A stretch of DNA of 64,000 bases from Trichosphaerium sp. ATCC 40318 (Eukaryota; Protista; Tubulinea), in the NCBI GenBank assembly GCA_038496445.1, contig JALMLS010000030.1, positions 62,001 through 126,000 on the forward strand, given 5' to 3'. This document shows positions 11,315 to 23,918 of the stretch, piece by piece (the stretch's first letter is position 1; each line of letters begins with the position of its first letter). The translations under genes were made by a program, and so were the position numbers. The notes beneath the pieces were generated by a model. That model was not told the origin of the DNA and ran no database searches. It saw only the letters and a list, made by a program, of their open reading frames with translations.

Positions 11315-14010
11315 TTAGTGTTCAGTTAAGCTACCATTGCGTTTAAAGACTACATGGATTGTGGAAGTAGGCTCGGGCACTGAAGCTTTGAATAGCGAAC
11401 GAATTGGAGTCAGTTTTTTTTTGGAGATAAATTACTTTTCATTATGCTTCTGTACAATTTCACTTAAATTAGTAAAATCCATGCTTATTGTACGGGTATG
11501 TCCCAACCTCTTCTTAGCAACTTGTATTAACGAGTTTTCTGACCTTGAGCGACGTTCTAAAAACGAATATTTAATTTCTTGGTTTTTTAAGAAAGTGAGA
11601 CTATTTATGCCGTACGTCTTGTTATTGGCTCTGGTTTTTCCATTTCACCCGATCCTGACGCTCTTCTTTTACGCGGTGGCGTTTCTAAATAGATAAATGT
11701 TAATAAAGAAAAAAATAAGAAGAAAAAATCCAGACGGCACGTTGGTTTGGTGAGTTCTTTCTATCGTTAGTACTCGCTTTCTTTTCAATCGGAAACACCA
11801 CTGGAGCTGATTTTGTTGATGTTGTACTCTTTTGACTTCTTGTAGAAGGAGATGTATCTCTAGTACTGTTGATATGTTTTTGATATGAATCAGCCTTTGG
11901 TTCCTTCTTTTTCATCCAACTATCTTTTTTTTTTGTAACTCTGAATAGTCTCTTGTAAGATTGCTTTCTTGTTGTTTTCTTCTTTGGTGTAGGTGATGAA
12001 GACGATGAAGAATCATCATTTGATTTTCTTATATGCCCTGTTTTTAATGATCCTTCACTTTTTGTCCTCCAAGGTGGTGATCGTCTTTCTGGTCGAACAC
12101 GTTGTTCGAACTCTGCACTTTTTACTAAACTCATTTCTCTTTTACTTTCATTTTGTGGTTGTCCTCCCAGTTTGTTAGCTGAAGCACGTAGAGCAAGACG
12201 CATATTCAATTCATTCATTATAGGCGTAGGTGCTCCAAATGCTTTGTTACTTTGTGATTCTCTTAAAGATTTCGTCTCTTCAGGAGGCGGAGATTCATCT
12301 GACATTGGTGATGATCCAAGAAGAACATTTCTTCCAGCAGTAGGTGGAGATAGTGGTGGAGAAAGAGGTGGCGGAGAAAACCTTTGAGATGAACTCTGTG
12401 GTGGTATAGGAGGTTGGAACCGTCTTGGAGGAGGTGACATTGGTGGAGAAAGAGATGGCGGAGACAAAGGTGGTGATCTTGGTGGAGGTGAAGTTGGAGG
12501 GGACCTCATCGGAGGTGACCCTGGTGTTCGAAAATGAGATACCGAACGTTCCTCTCTCCCTGAAGGCGATGGTGGCCGAAAATGAGAGACCTCTCTCCCT
12601 GAAGGCGAAGGTGGTCGAAACCTACCCATTGATGGCGAAGGTGGTGGAGAGCAACGGCCAAAAGATGGAGAGGGTGGTCGATCTAGTTCCATCAAAGGCT
12701 CTAAGGCTTGAATCGTTTCAATGTCAATCTCCGGTAGTGCATTCGAACGACGTCTTGTATGTTCTTTCTGTCTGCCTCTACTCTCTGTTTCTGTTGATTT
12801 TTCTTCTTCTCCTTCAGGGTCGTTTCCTGAAGTTGAAGAACTTGCACCCTTACTGTGCCCTTTTTTATGACGTTTCTTAGTTCTTTTCTTACTCCTTTTT
12901 TTTTCACGTGTTTGAACGACTATATTTGATTTTCTTTGTTAGTGACAATTATGATTGAGTCATATTTTTCTTTGCGTACTTGTGTCATCAGAAGATAGAG
13001 GTCTTGACTGATCTGAAAGCAAAGCAGAGAGTTGTTCAGGTTCCACATCTGCTGCCATGGACCTCAAGTCCGAAAAGTCACAGCTGTTGTCTTTTGTAAG
13101 CATTTCAAAGGACTTGTCAAAACAACAATGACGTACCCTTCACTCAATGAAAACTGTTTCCTAGATACTGAGTTTACTTCTAACTCATCTGAACTCGAAT
13201 CACTTGGCGGTGGAGGTGCCCACTCCCCAGCTTTGAAAGTAGCGCTCATTTCTTCATCTTCAAACCCGCTTGGTGGCCTGTAAATAAAACTGTTAACACA
13301 GTTCCTATTTGATAATATATCCGTACCCTAGTAAGCCTTCATCTGGTTTAAAATCATCGCTACTACTGGTATGATTGTCTTCTGTAAAATTATCTTCAGA
13401 CATTTCACCTTGCATTTGTTTTATTAAGTCTATCGTATCATGAACCAATGTCTCGAACCTAAGGTATTGTAGTTAGTATTGACAAGTATCATCATATCGA
13501 AGGTCGCGAGACCGTACGTTTCTTCAGGTACTATGAGCCCTGTAGAATCGGATAATGTTGAACGTTTATTTTCTGTTGTATTTTTTGACTCTGAAGAATC
13601 GGAATCATACGCAGCTGACTTCACATCAGTAAGCTGTTTTAAAGCAGCAAAACTCATTAACCTCTCCCTACTACGTTCTAGGATATTTATTAGAATATAA
13701 AAGGTAATATAAAGTGAGAAAAAAGGAAAAGACAAGCGAGTGTTTTACTTACCATCAGAACTTTTTAGAAATCCTGAAATTGCTCCACTGAAAAACAAAG
13801 GTGATGTAGAATCACGCGTCCCGTCCTTTGGTTTTGGTCCTTGAGAAGCTCTTACATCTGTTTTCAAGTCTATTTCTTTTTTTGTTCTTTCCTGAAGAGG
13901 AGAAAGCCTCAACTTTTCTGTAACTGCTCTTTTTACTTTTTTTGGTTTTGGTTTTTTCTCGACAACTTCGTTCTCGATTTTTTCCTTTTGTATAGGTTCC
14001 TCGCTCTCAC
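11315..14010 (-). CDS. Ser/Pro/Lys-rich disordered region, probably the C-terminal exons of the RasGAP gene
   Basis: Several exons with PPSP and HFRPPSPSGRE repeats. The first exon starts at an acceptor (ACTAAC...TTAG|GT GAG) in the phase of the donor at 14695, and no own ATG was found. Confidence 0.65.
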
Positions 14011-14580
14011 CTAACCCCAAGTTAGTTACCAATATAATATTAGATTATTATTCTCGATAAAAGATATATCGGAATCATGTAAGAAATAAGTTAGAGGCGA
14101 GAGAGTGTAGTTGTAGATGTCTATCTGAAGTTTTATTTTGTTTTGTTTTTTTTTTCTTTTTTTGAGTGAGGACAGGCTGCCAAAACCACATTCATGTTAT
14201 TCTAATGAACCACATGGAGACAGAGAAGGCATGCTTGGCCATTTGGTTGGGTTGGGGGATTATAGAGATGAAAAAAAATCTTACAAAGAACTTGTTTAGT
14301 TTGTAGTTCTTGCAAGAGGTCTCTTTGCCATGTGGTGCTGGCTAAGAAATCCATTCCCTCTGGTAGGTGCTCGACGTTGTATAGGAACTACAAACGATAT
14401 CAGAGGTGGCTGAGTGACGACGGCTTAAGAATAAACAAAGATTGACCTGTTTTGCTTTTTTTTTTTTTTGCGAAGAAATTGGTTGCAAGTTTTTTTTTTT
14501 GAGGCCGGCTTAGTGCTCCTTTTTTTGTTGGCCCTGTAAAGATGATTCTGTGTTTTTATTATTATTATTATATTAAAAAA

Positions 14581-17500
14581 TTAAAAAGCGCCTGTCACAT
14601 CAAATCAGCCAACTCTGTGCTGTAATAACCCGGCCTCACAAACCTCGCCAACCAAAAAAAAAAAAAAAAAGAGAAATTAAGATGTTTTGGTTTACCTATA
14701 TACTCCCATTTCGCAATTGTCTCATCTCGGGAGGAACTGAACATAGTAGTATCTGATGCGACAAGTGAAGTGACATCATCAACATGACCAATAACCTCAC
14801 GAACGAATGCACATGTCTTGAAAAAAAAAATTACAAAAAAAAGCACGTGATAATTGAGAACTCACTGTAGCATCCCATATAGTTATCTTCTTATCAAAAC
14901 TTCCGCTCCATATGTGCTTACTCCCATTAGGCCTTATTGACATTGCCAAACAGTTAATACGCCCTTCATGTTTGCTCTCGAGCTCTGCAACATCGACGTA
15001 CTTCTAAAGAACAAAGAAATTAACTTCCACCTACAGAAGCGTTTTGTTTCTGACGTACTGAGCCATCATAACTGACTATTTTAATCTTGTGCGAGCACAC
15101 CCATATCTTTTTACTACTCACAGCGACCATGCTAATAAATTTTAAGAAAAACGTGAAGAGAAACAATTGTTACCTGCTAACAATACCAGCGCTAATCTTA
15201 ATATGACGCAACACTTCACGTTTCGCAAAGTCAATCAACACAATAACGCCATAAGTGCCAATCCATAAATACTGTTTACCAGGAGCAGGTTCGGTAAACG
15301 CAATAGAAGATACTGGTTCCTTTAAATCCATTGTTGTTTCTGCTTCGAAACCCTATAACCGTCAAGTCAGTTGAAGCAAAAAAAAAAAATTAAAAAAACA
15401 GAATTCTGTTCTCGGCGTTAACAAAAATAATGGCTTGCCTCCATGATGAAGTAATTACAGTTCCAGAACTTTACTATACCACCAGTACATCCTGATATAA
15501 CAAACTTCTCACCACGTTTTGTCTTTACCAGACCAAGAGCATTTACAATAGATCTATGAACTGCAAGGCGACGCAATACGGTAAGAGTCTAAAAAAAGTG
15601 TTAATAAACACTTTCACTCAAAAAGCGGCATTAACGCTCGATATCACGTGCATGTGGTTTGTAAATTGAGATGGTTGTATCCTCTGAAGCAGTCCATATA
15701 TATTCTCCACAGTACAATAAAGCCATAATACCCTTCATATGGGCTTTGATTTTCCTCTCGGACTTGCCCTAATAAAAAAAATGTTTTTAATAATTGCAGG
15801 GTTCCTTGCTTGATCCTTATGCACGCACTGGGTCCCAAAGTAAAAGATTACCGTCCTTTAAACCACACCAAATAACACCATGAACAGCAGCCATACAATT
15901 TATCTAATAGCATTGTTTTAGCTTTCAAGCTTTACTTTTTTTTTGAAAAAATACAACTTGCCTTCATAGCTGCTCGCTTCATTTCTGTTATTTGTATCCA
16001 ATCAAGAGGTAACGTGAGGGCAAGCTTGATTTTCGATAACAATTTAAGCATATCTTGGGATTTTTTACCGATGACAGTGGTCACACGTTGTGTATCAACA
16101 GCATCCTTTTGCTAAAATTTGTTAGAAAAGAAAAAAAAACCCTTGAACGTTACCCCATCGTCATCAGGTAATAGAACTTTTTGTATCTTTCCTAACCATG
16201 CCCCAAGCTCCTTTTTAAGAAATTGTAGAGCCTCTTGATAGTCTTTGTGTGTTATATGCAATGGAGGAACATTAGAAGGGAAATTAGCACCAACCGGTTT
16301 CTACGAACTCAATCAGTAGCTGTTTTAACGAATTCAAGAGAAACTACGGATCCGTTTCTTATATTATGTATTGGATCACGTTTAACGTGAGACACTTACC
16401 GCCAAGTTATTTAAAAAGTACTGTAAGGGTGATAGGTATTCCGTTAACATATTAGAAAGAGGGGCCATGTAATCTTCTTTGAGTGGACGTTCGTTGACGA
16501 TTGATTGGATTACTTTACTACATAGAACAAGAACACGACGTAATTTTGTCGATATTTCAACTAGTAACGATTAAAAAAAATAATAATATTTGATCACGTG
16601 ATAATAAATGAAAAGATTACGAAGTAGACAAACAATAATCTAGGTGGTTTTTTTTTTCGTTTTTAATTTTTGTCCTACGAAATTAACGTACTATCAACTA
16701 TCTTATGTCCATCTGGTGTTACCACTGCCGGGCATATATAGCGTAAAAATATAAATCCCCCGATAGCTATCCATTTGCTCTAAATAATGTTAAATGTTAC
16801 CAAAAAAAATACAAATAAATAGAAAAATTACCTCTGGGAACTTGGCTTGTACTGTTTCTGATAGCGTTCTGCAAATTTCTCTGAAAGGTCTACAAGATGT
16901 ATATTTGTCAATAAATCATAAAAGTAAGAAGTCAAGTAATTACTTTGGACAGAAATGAGATGAGTTGAGGATGACATCCATAAAGTTATGAAGAAGTTTA
17001 CGTAGATTCGCAGTATTTTTTCCCAAGTCCTCTCCAGGTTGAAGCCTCAATTTATCAATCTAACCAATTTTAGAGGTAAAAATCGTTAACGAAGAACTAC
17101 CTCAAACCCACGAGCGTCAATATCCTTTGCTAACTCTTTGACCACAGTGCCAACGATGCGTTCCAAGTACGGTTTACCAATTAACTTTGAATACGCAGTC
17201 ATCAAGAAGGTAGCGACGCAGTTACTCCGAAACAGCGTCCCGCTTGTCTCTATAAAGGATATGAATAACTAATCATCAAATTTACGTTTAGTGTAAACAA
17301 GAAATTTTCGATTTTTACAAAAAAAAATCGCTTGTCTGCAAAACAAATACTATTTGGATGATAAATAATATCACGTGATTTGGAGGGAAAAAAGGACGGA
17401 GTTCCATCATTTACAGAACTTTGTTCTATGCCGTACTTTGATTAGCAACTTCATCTGTGATAATAGCTTCAAGTAATGCCATTGTCCTGTTGTTATATTG

Positions 17501-17907
17501 CCAAACAGTTATAATAGGCTTCGATATTTTCTCAGCCTCTCCATAAGGTAAAATTTGCACTAGCGTACGAATAATACGCATATCGGAGAGGAGAACCTTG
17601 ATAAAAAAAAGGATTGGCACCAAATACAAAAAGGATTTGGGCATAATTTTGTTCAAACTTCTTTTTTTTTTAATTTGGCACGTGGACGCAATGATAAAGA
17701 GAATTGAAGCCACCTCTGGGGAGGTAATCGCCAAGTATTTTAATTTATAAAAGCAACGATTTCATTCGTAATTCTGTATTTTTTTTACGCTTGGTGGGTG
17801 CTCTTTGTGGGGTGGTTTTATCAAAAAACGTATAAACCATTTTTTTAAAGTATTTTAATTACCTCAGCAAACGAATGGCTATCATTATAATTGGGTTGTG
17901 ACGCCAT
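14581..17907 (-). CDS. RasGAP domain plus WD40-like beta-propeller protein
   Basis: Arginine finger TLFRSN and signature GGFIFLRYICPAVVTP. Propeller repeats IWCG..DG, GHVDDVTSL..SSSRDETIAKW. The 3' end is either GAF* at 14581 or a splice to 14010. Confidence 0.85.
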
Positions 17908-18774
17908 ATGTCACGAATTCAAGCCCGTTGTTGCCTGTGCATTAGCTGTTTATGCAAGAGAATGACGAGGACATTAATGTGATTTGTGAGATTCTACTTT
18001 AGAAACAAGAAGTAGCTTACAAAGTTCTTCAGTGCCTTCGACGCTTGCGATATTACATTTTTATGGCTGTTGTAGTTTTTTTGGAGTTACAGCGTTGTTT
18101 TGCGGTTTTGAGCGCTACCCATCTCAACGATAACGTATATAGCTTCTATTTATTAATCATTTTGTCGATTCTACGATGTCCAAAACTCATAAATAGTGCA
18201 CTCCGCTGAACTAGTGATTGTACAGTGGTGCCCCTGCTTCATTGCACTTCCTACAATGTTCTCGCTTTCGGCAGCAGCGGGATCGTCTTTGGACTCTACA
18301 AATCATGCTTTCTGTGATGGTTGATTTGTTAAGCACAGTGATTATTCTGCCTTGCGGAGCAACGTCCAGTAGTAGTATGAGTTTGCTGCCAAGGTATGAA
18401 TCTACAATTCTGGAATATTGCAGACACAAAGCAAAAACATCGACGCCCATTACCGCAAGGTAGAGTGCGTATTTCGCATTGTCTGGATAAAAATAGGTAA
18501 TAAAACTTGAGCAAAAACTCTTAACTACGCGCAGCGCGTAGTACAGGTATGACGTTGTTTGTGAAGAAATCTGGGTTGGTCTTGTAGAGTAAATTTGCAA
18601 AACAGCCAAAGTAATAATAAGTCGGATAATTCTTTATTTTAGTTACAAGTGCGACAATCTGACTAAAAGCAGCAGGTCTGGTGTATACTACGTCAGTGTC
18701 GCAAAAATAAGACGAATTCTGCCCTCACTAAAAACATCAAACGGAGAACTCAGAAAAGACATTAAAACGCAAAA

Positions 18775-21700
18775 ATGAGCTTTTGGACGTTTGGATTTCA
18801 TAATGTATCAGCGATTGAGACAATTCTTGATCGCCCAGACTTCACGCTTGACGAACTACTCGATGAGGAGGACATACTGCAAGAAACTAAAGCGCAGAAC
18901 AAGCGCTTGCTCGACTAGTATCTTTTTTGAACTTACCTTTAATTACTAAGGCGATCGTTGCAGGGAGGTTAAAACTCCTTCTAATGTAGCCTGTTATTTC
19001 TATTTTAAACCCACCAACTCCTTAACGACTCAAGCATCACGCAGGAAGAGCAACTACAGACCATCTTCAATTACCTTACCGTTGAAGCTACTGAAGACGC
19101 AGAGGACAAATACAAGTTCAAGTACGTCGCATTCCGATTTATACTGCACCCACGCAGCCCTTTTAACAGCTAGTTTGCGATCTTGAGAAAATCGCGAGTA
19201 CTTGCTCTATGCAATTCTAAGCGCTGTAAAAATTATGCCACTTGATAAACACGCTCACATTGCGTTTTTACGACACGTTTAGAATCGTTTTGATTTTTAT
19301 GTATAGGTTTCCATACGTCAGTTGCGAAGTGCTTTGCTCCGAAGTTTCCTTCCTTTTAGATGCCATTGTTGAGAAACAAGATTATCTTGTTCAATTGTTT
19401 AGTTTTTTGGAACGTGAGCCACCATTGCCAACAGTATTGACACCATACGTTTGCCGCGTTGCAATGTCTCTACTCGAAAGAAGAACTGGTGAAGTTATCG
19501 CTGTTTTAAAGACACGCGAAGGATTCATTCCTAAGCTCTTGAAACACCTCGCAAGTCCTCCTCTCATTGACTTCATACTTAAGTTAATATCTGTCGAACC
19601 ACCAGAGGATGAGGGTATCGATTTGATCGGCGTACGTGCTATTTTTTGAGTTTTTATTGAAAAAACAATTTCTCTTACCTGTGTACGTAGTGGTTAGTCG
19701 AAGCAAAATTAATGAGCTGTTTGGTTGACAAGTTTGACCCAGCATTGGACGAGCAGGTACGCTTCTTTTTTTAATTTCTTTTTTTCATTTTTTTTTTTGT
19801 AAACAACGCCTTTTAATGATTGGCTAGGTGCACGAAAATGCAGCCTCGTGTTTAGTAGAAATAATTGAAGTGTGCTCGAACGGAAGAGTTACGCTTTTGG
19901 ACCAGTTAGATTCGCAAGAAAATATTTCAAAATTTTTTACGTACATGCTTACAGAATCGTCCAGCACTGCGCTACTTCAGGTATGTAATCTCGCATTTTT
20001 TTCAAATTGAAGTCTTTTTTTACAGCCTTTCTATTGAACTGTACTCACTATGTCCTTAGGGTCTCGCAGTATTAATTCGCTTGATGGCTCGCTATCAAGA
20101 TGAGGATACTTTTGATGTTCCGCTTGAAGAAGCTCCAGCTGTAATTAAAGTTACATTAGATCATATTAGTAAATTCCATGCCATGCTTGTAGAGGGAAAG
20201 GTGCGTGGTATTTTCCGTAGAGTGTGCTTTTATTTTTTGCGATTTGGATCAAAATAGTTATGATGAAAATTTAACCCTCTAGCATAATTCTCCGTGTTGA
20301 CAGAGTGCTACTGATGCTTTTTATTTCCCGAAATTTTGTGTTTAAACGCATTTTGTTGTGAGCGCGTAGTTGACGATTACGTTTAGGATCAGTTCACTTT
20401 TGTATCCACCTTTGGCGAGATTAAACAGTTTGGAACCCACCGCTTGAAGATACTAGAGTTTTTCTTGGCACTTGTCAAGACGGACTACAAATGTGTCCAT
20501 GATGTACTTTTAGAGTTGAACTTTTTCTCTACTTGCTTGGTGCGTTTTGTTTTCTTTTTTTTTTTTTAGCGGCAACTTGTTTGCTTATTATTTTTATTAG
20601 GACTTGTTTTTCCAATACAAGTGGAATAATTTCTTGCATCATATTGTTGATGATATCTTGCAGGTATGTTTGATTAGATTTTTTTTTTTTTTGGGCTTGC
20701 CCTGGACGAGTATCAAGCTTTGTGAACTGTTCACGCTATTTTTTTTTGTTATTATTTATTCCTCGGGATGTATACTTACTGTGTTGGTTTCTTTAGGTGG
20801 TCTTTAATGGTAGCAACACTGCTCTGAAGATGGCACTACTCAAGGACTGTAAATTACTCGAAAGAATCGCGGAGGCTAGTAAAGGCAACGATGACGATTG
20901 TGAAAAACCAAAGGGCATCAGAAGGGGTTATATGGGTAATTTAACGCGAATAGCTGCTACAATTGTCGATACAGTACAACTCGATGAATCATTGGCAGAA
21001 TTTGCATCCCAATGCACTACTTGGGTTGAGTTTGTTGAAGGAACACTCACACCTCTTCAACAAATGGAAGCTAAGCCTCTTGGTGGTCATAAGCCAACTT
21101 CTTTCTTACATGGTCTCGCTGGTGGTACGTTTCAAGTTTTTTTTTTGTTAAAACGAGTTGGATTTTTTTGTTTGTTTTTTGCTTCTTTTTCCTTGTCTGT
21201 TTGGTACTTTGTTGTGCGTTTATAAATAATAAGTTATGATGAAAATTTAACCCTCTAGCATAATTCTCCGTGTTGACAGAGTGCTACTGATGCTTATTTC
21301 TTACGAAAATTGATTTTTTTTTCTTGAACTCTCTTGGTTCGCTTGACTCATCAATTTTGTAGTATCACTCTCCCACGTCGGTATGAGGTCCCAAGACGAT
21401 GATGACGATGATGATGACGAAGATGAAGAACAATACGGTACGATATCAGTAGATGACGGAAAACTCCTTTATTGCCTTTATGATGAAAATTTAACCCTCT
21501 AGCATAATTCTCCATGTTGACAGAGTGCTACTGATGCCTTTTATTTCAAATCTTTGAAAAACATTTGTAATGCGAGCGATTGCTGATATTTTTTTTGTTC
21601 AAGATGAAGACGAAGATGATGATGAGAATGAGCTTGTTTTCAATGAGGATTCAACTGGATTTGTTCCTACTAATTTTAACGGTGAAGGAGATGACGCTGA

Positions 21701-22044
21701 TCGCGCATCACCTGAGCATGCTGATGAAGTTGACGAAGAGGAAGAAATAGATCCAATCGTCACACCTGATATTGCTGAAGATGAAGCAACGGATGAAGTA
21801 AAGGAAGTTGACCAAGAAGGTAAATAAGAGCCATAATATCATTAGTTTGTTTATTTACTGACGCTGTCATCTAGTTGTACCTGAAGCAGCATCTACTGAT
21901 GACGCTCCAGCAAGCGAAGAAGCAGCAACTGAAGATTCTGCTGAAGAGTCTACTGAGGATTCAAATGACGATTCAAATGACGATTCAAATGATGATTCAA
22001 ATGATGATTCTGCTGATGATAAAACTGAGTCTACTGACGAATAA
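18775..22044 (+). CDS. PPP6R: SIT4 phosphatase-associated protein (SAPS) / PP6 regulatory subunit; snoRNA host gene
   Basis: MSFW..FTLDELLDEEDILQETKAQNKRLLDY, KFPYVSCEVL, FGTHRLKILEF, LFFQYKWNNFLH, RRGYMGNLTRIA, and an acidic tail. Confidence 0.93.
18918..19034 (+). other. Candidate U12-type (minor) intron, intron 1 of SAPS
   Basis: Donor GTATCTTTT, exact branch consensus TCCTTAAC 8 nt from the end, acceptor AAG. Splicing gives LLD-TA|C-ITQEEQL in frame. Confidence 0.75.
20260..20314 (+). ncRNA. Intronic box C/D snoRNA, copy 1
   Basis: Box C ATGATGA, possible C' GTGTTGA, box D CTGA. Lies in intron 20201-20386 with box D 72 nt from the 3' splice site. Confidence 0.85.
21236..21290 (+). ncRNA. 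Intronic box C/D snoRNA, copy 2 (core identical to copy 1)
   Basis: Same 55-nt core in intron 21125-21362. Box D 72 nt from the 3' splice site. Confidence 0.85.
21480..21534 (+). ncRNA. Intronic box C/D snoRNA, copy 3 (one G>A at 21514)
   Basis: Same core in intron 21438-21603. Box D 69 nt from the 3' splice site. Confidence 0.85.
21958..22010 (+). repeat. Coding 12-bp tandem repeat GATTCAAATGAY x4 (DSND)
   Basis: Directly visible in the last SAPS exon. Confidence 0.9.
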
Positions 22045-22340
22045 TTCCTCACAAACAAAATATTAAACCCTCTCTCCCTTGCTCATACGGTGTTCCCGGA
22101 ATTAATTGTCGGATTATAGATCACGGCGTTGTAAATACAGTTTAGGATGTGCTGTCCATTTGAGCAAGGCTAATTATACCTGTCACTCTTTTTAATAAAA
22201 TCTGATGGACGTTGTAGTTCCATGACTTACTCTAAACTCAGTTTTTTTCCTTAAACTCTTCTTGTCAGTTTAAAACCAAGTTGTTGCATTATTGGATATA
22301 CTAGCGGGTTGCAGGTGTTCACCGTTACAATTAACACATT

Positions 22341-22837
22341 TTATTTCAACAACTTCATCCGTACATGTTCTACAAAGTCTTGTTCTATTATTAAACAATA
22401 TTGCTACTAAATCTCTATGACAATAGCTACATAGCATGCGTGCTTAGGAAATATAAGAGATGGAATATAATTGTTCTCTGTTGAGTTCGCATAAGTGCCA
22501 TCTGTTGCATTAGCAACGAAAACTGATAAGAAGTCCAGAATTCCGTATTCATCTCACTTAGAAAACGTAGTTCTTGTTCTTAATGATTGGTACTAATTCT
22601 GGTAACCGTTTTGGACATAATAGCGATCGAGGTTTGGGGCACAGTATAATCTTCGTCGTCAATATATTCGTTTATACACGCATTGAGTTCGTAATTAGTT
22701 GATTTAAGCTGTATAAGACTCCGTACGTCTGTACAAAGAAGTATATCTACTTGAGTGAATAACAAGTCATCACAGAGTGTTGACAGTATTGGCACATCTT
22801 CTTTAGCAACTAGCGAAGGTTTTTTATGCGTACTCAT
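22341..22837 (-). CDS. Small hypothetical protein with an F-box-like N-terminus
   Basis: LSTLCDDLLFTQVDILL..DVRSLIQLKSTNYELNACI resembles F-box helices. 3' exons uncertain. Confidence 0.45.
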
Positions 22838-23351
22838 CGCTATTTACTTTGTTAAAGGGTGAATTTTGGGCAAATTTCAAATCGGGCACTTTTTTTCTAC
22901 GCGTGAAATACCTTTTTTATAAGCGGGATAAAACGAAGCTCATTCTGTGGGATGAGATACGAACGGTTTCCAAAAGGCGCAAACCAGTCAGCGTGTAGAT
23001 AAGGGAAAGTTTGTATATTCCATGGCTCACAGCAAGCTGATGAGCCGTGCTTACGAGTTTTCAACTGTGATCTTTGTTGTTGGTGCGTAACCAGCTCAAA
23101 AGAGCTTTTCAGTATCATGAATCTAACAGGTACACGTCGTGGACGTATTAGAGTCTACAAAAGAAAGGCAATACTATTTTGAACTGATAGCGCGCCAAAT
23201 AGGTTACAGTGGCGTCGCAGTTATACGAATGTCTCTCATAATATATACAAGGTCGTTTGAGAGCAAAAGCCAACAGAAAATCGGTAACGGTACGATCACG
23301 TTTTTTTGAAACCGAAAAGGCAAGTTACAGCTTCAAACCGTCACCTACGCT

Positions 23352-23606
23352 ATGAATCATTTATATTATAAAATCGAGGCACGTTTTGAGCGACAAGAGC
23401 TTGAGAGAAGCTACAACAGAAAGATCGACCTTTTTTTGGATCAGAACAACACGGAAACACCTGTACTTTACATTAATAACATACCACTAGTAATAAACGT
23501 TGATTACGCAAATTCTCGGTTCTTCAGATTCTTTTTATTTCGTATATCCCTTTTAAATATAGATGAGTGTCTAAATACGCCTAGAAGATACCATACGGGA
23601 ACGTAG
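23352..23606 (+). CDS. Hypothetical small protein
   Basis: ATG-initiated 84-aa ORF. Shares only a PLVIxV motif with the next ORF. Confidence 0.3.
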   Translation: MNHLYYKIEARFERQELERSYNRKIDLFLDQNNTETPVLYINNIPLVINVDYANSRFFRFFLFRISLLNIDECLNTPRRYHTGT

Positions 23607-23918
23607 AAACCAGTGTGATTGCTTTTAAGTCTTTTTCGAATTTTACTTTTTTTCACATTTGTTTCTCAACAAGACAATCCCGATTTACTTCATAACTCCA
23701 CATCTTAAAACCCAACATCAAAATACGTATATCTACTACCCATTCGCATTAATATCCTTCAATTACCGTGTACAACACAGTGGACTGGTTTTCTCAAAAA
23801 CCGTGGAAAACCACAATTTTTTTGCAATAAGAAATTACTTAGTTAAAAGAAAAATGATTTTTTTATCTAGTGGAAGCATACGAATACTACAACTATAATA
23901 TCTATACTTCTGCTTGAC

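Noticed and set aside
17255-17263. ATATCCTTT on the RasGAP sense strand as an AT-AC donor
   Set aside because: It lies in the acceptor tract directly before the essential TLFRSN exon of an ordinary GT-AG intron.
18211-18609. 132-aa ORF between the divergent RasGAP and SAPS genes
   Set aside because: Non-ATG start and no motifs; probably UTR or promoter sequence.
20260-21534. Triplicated 55-nt element read as a CRISPR array, SECIS or introner
   Set aside because: Spacing is irregular and the context is eukaryotic with no cas genes. The copies are intronic rather than in a 3' UTR, and only the core, not the whole intron, is repeated. C/D boxes and position fit a snoRNA.
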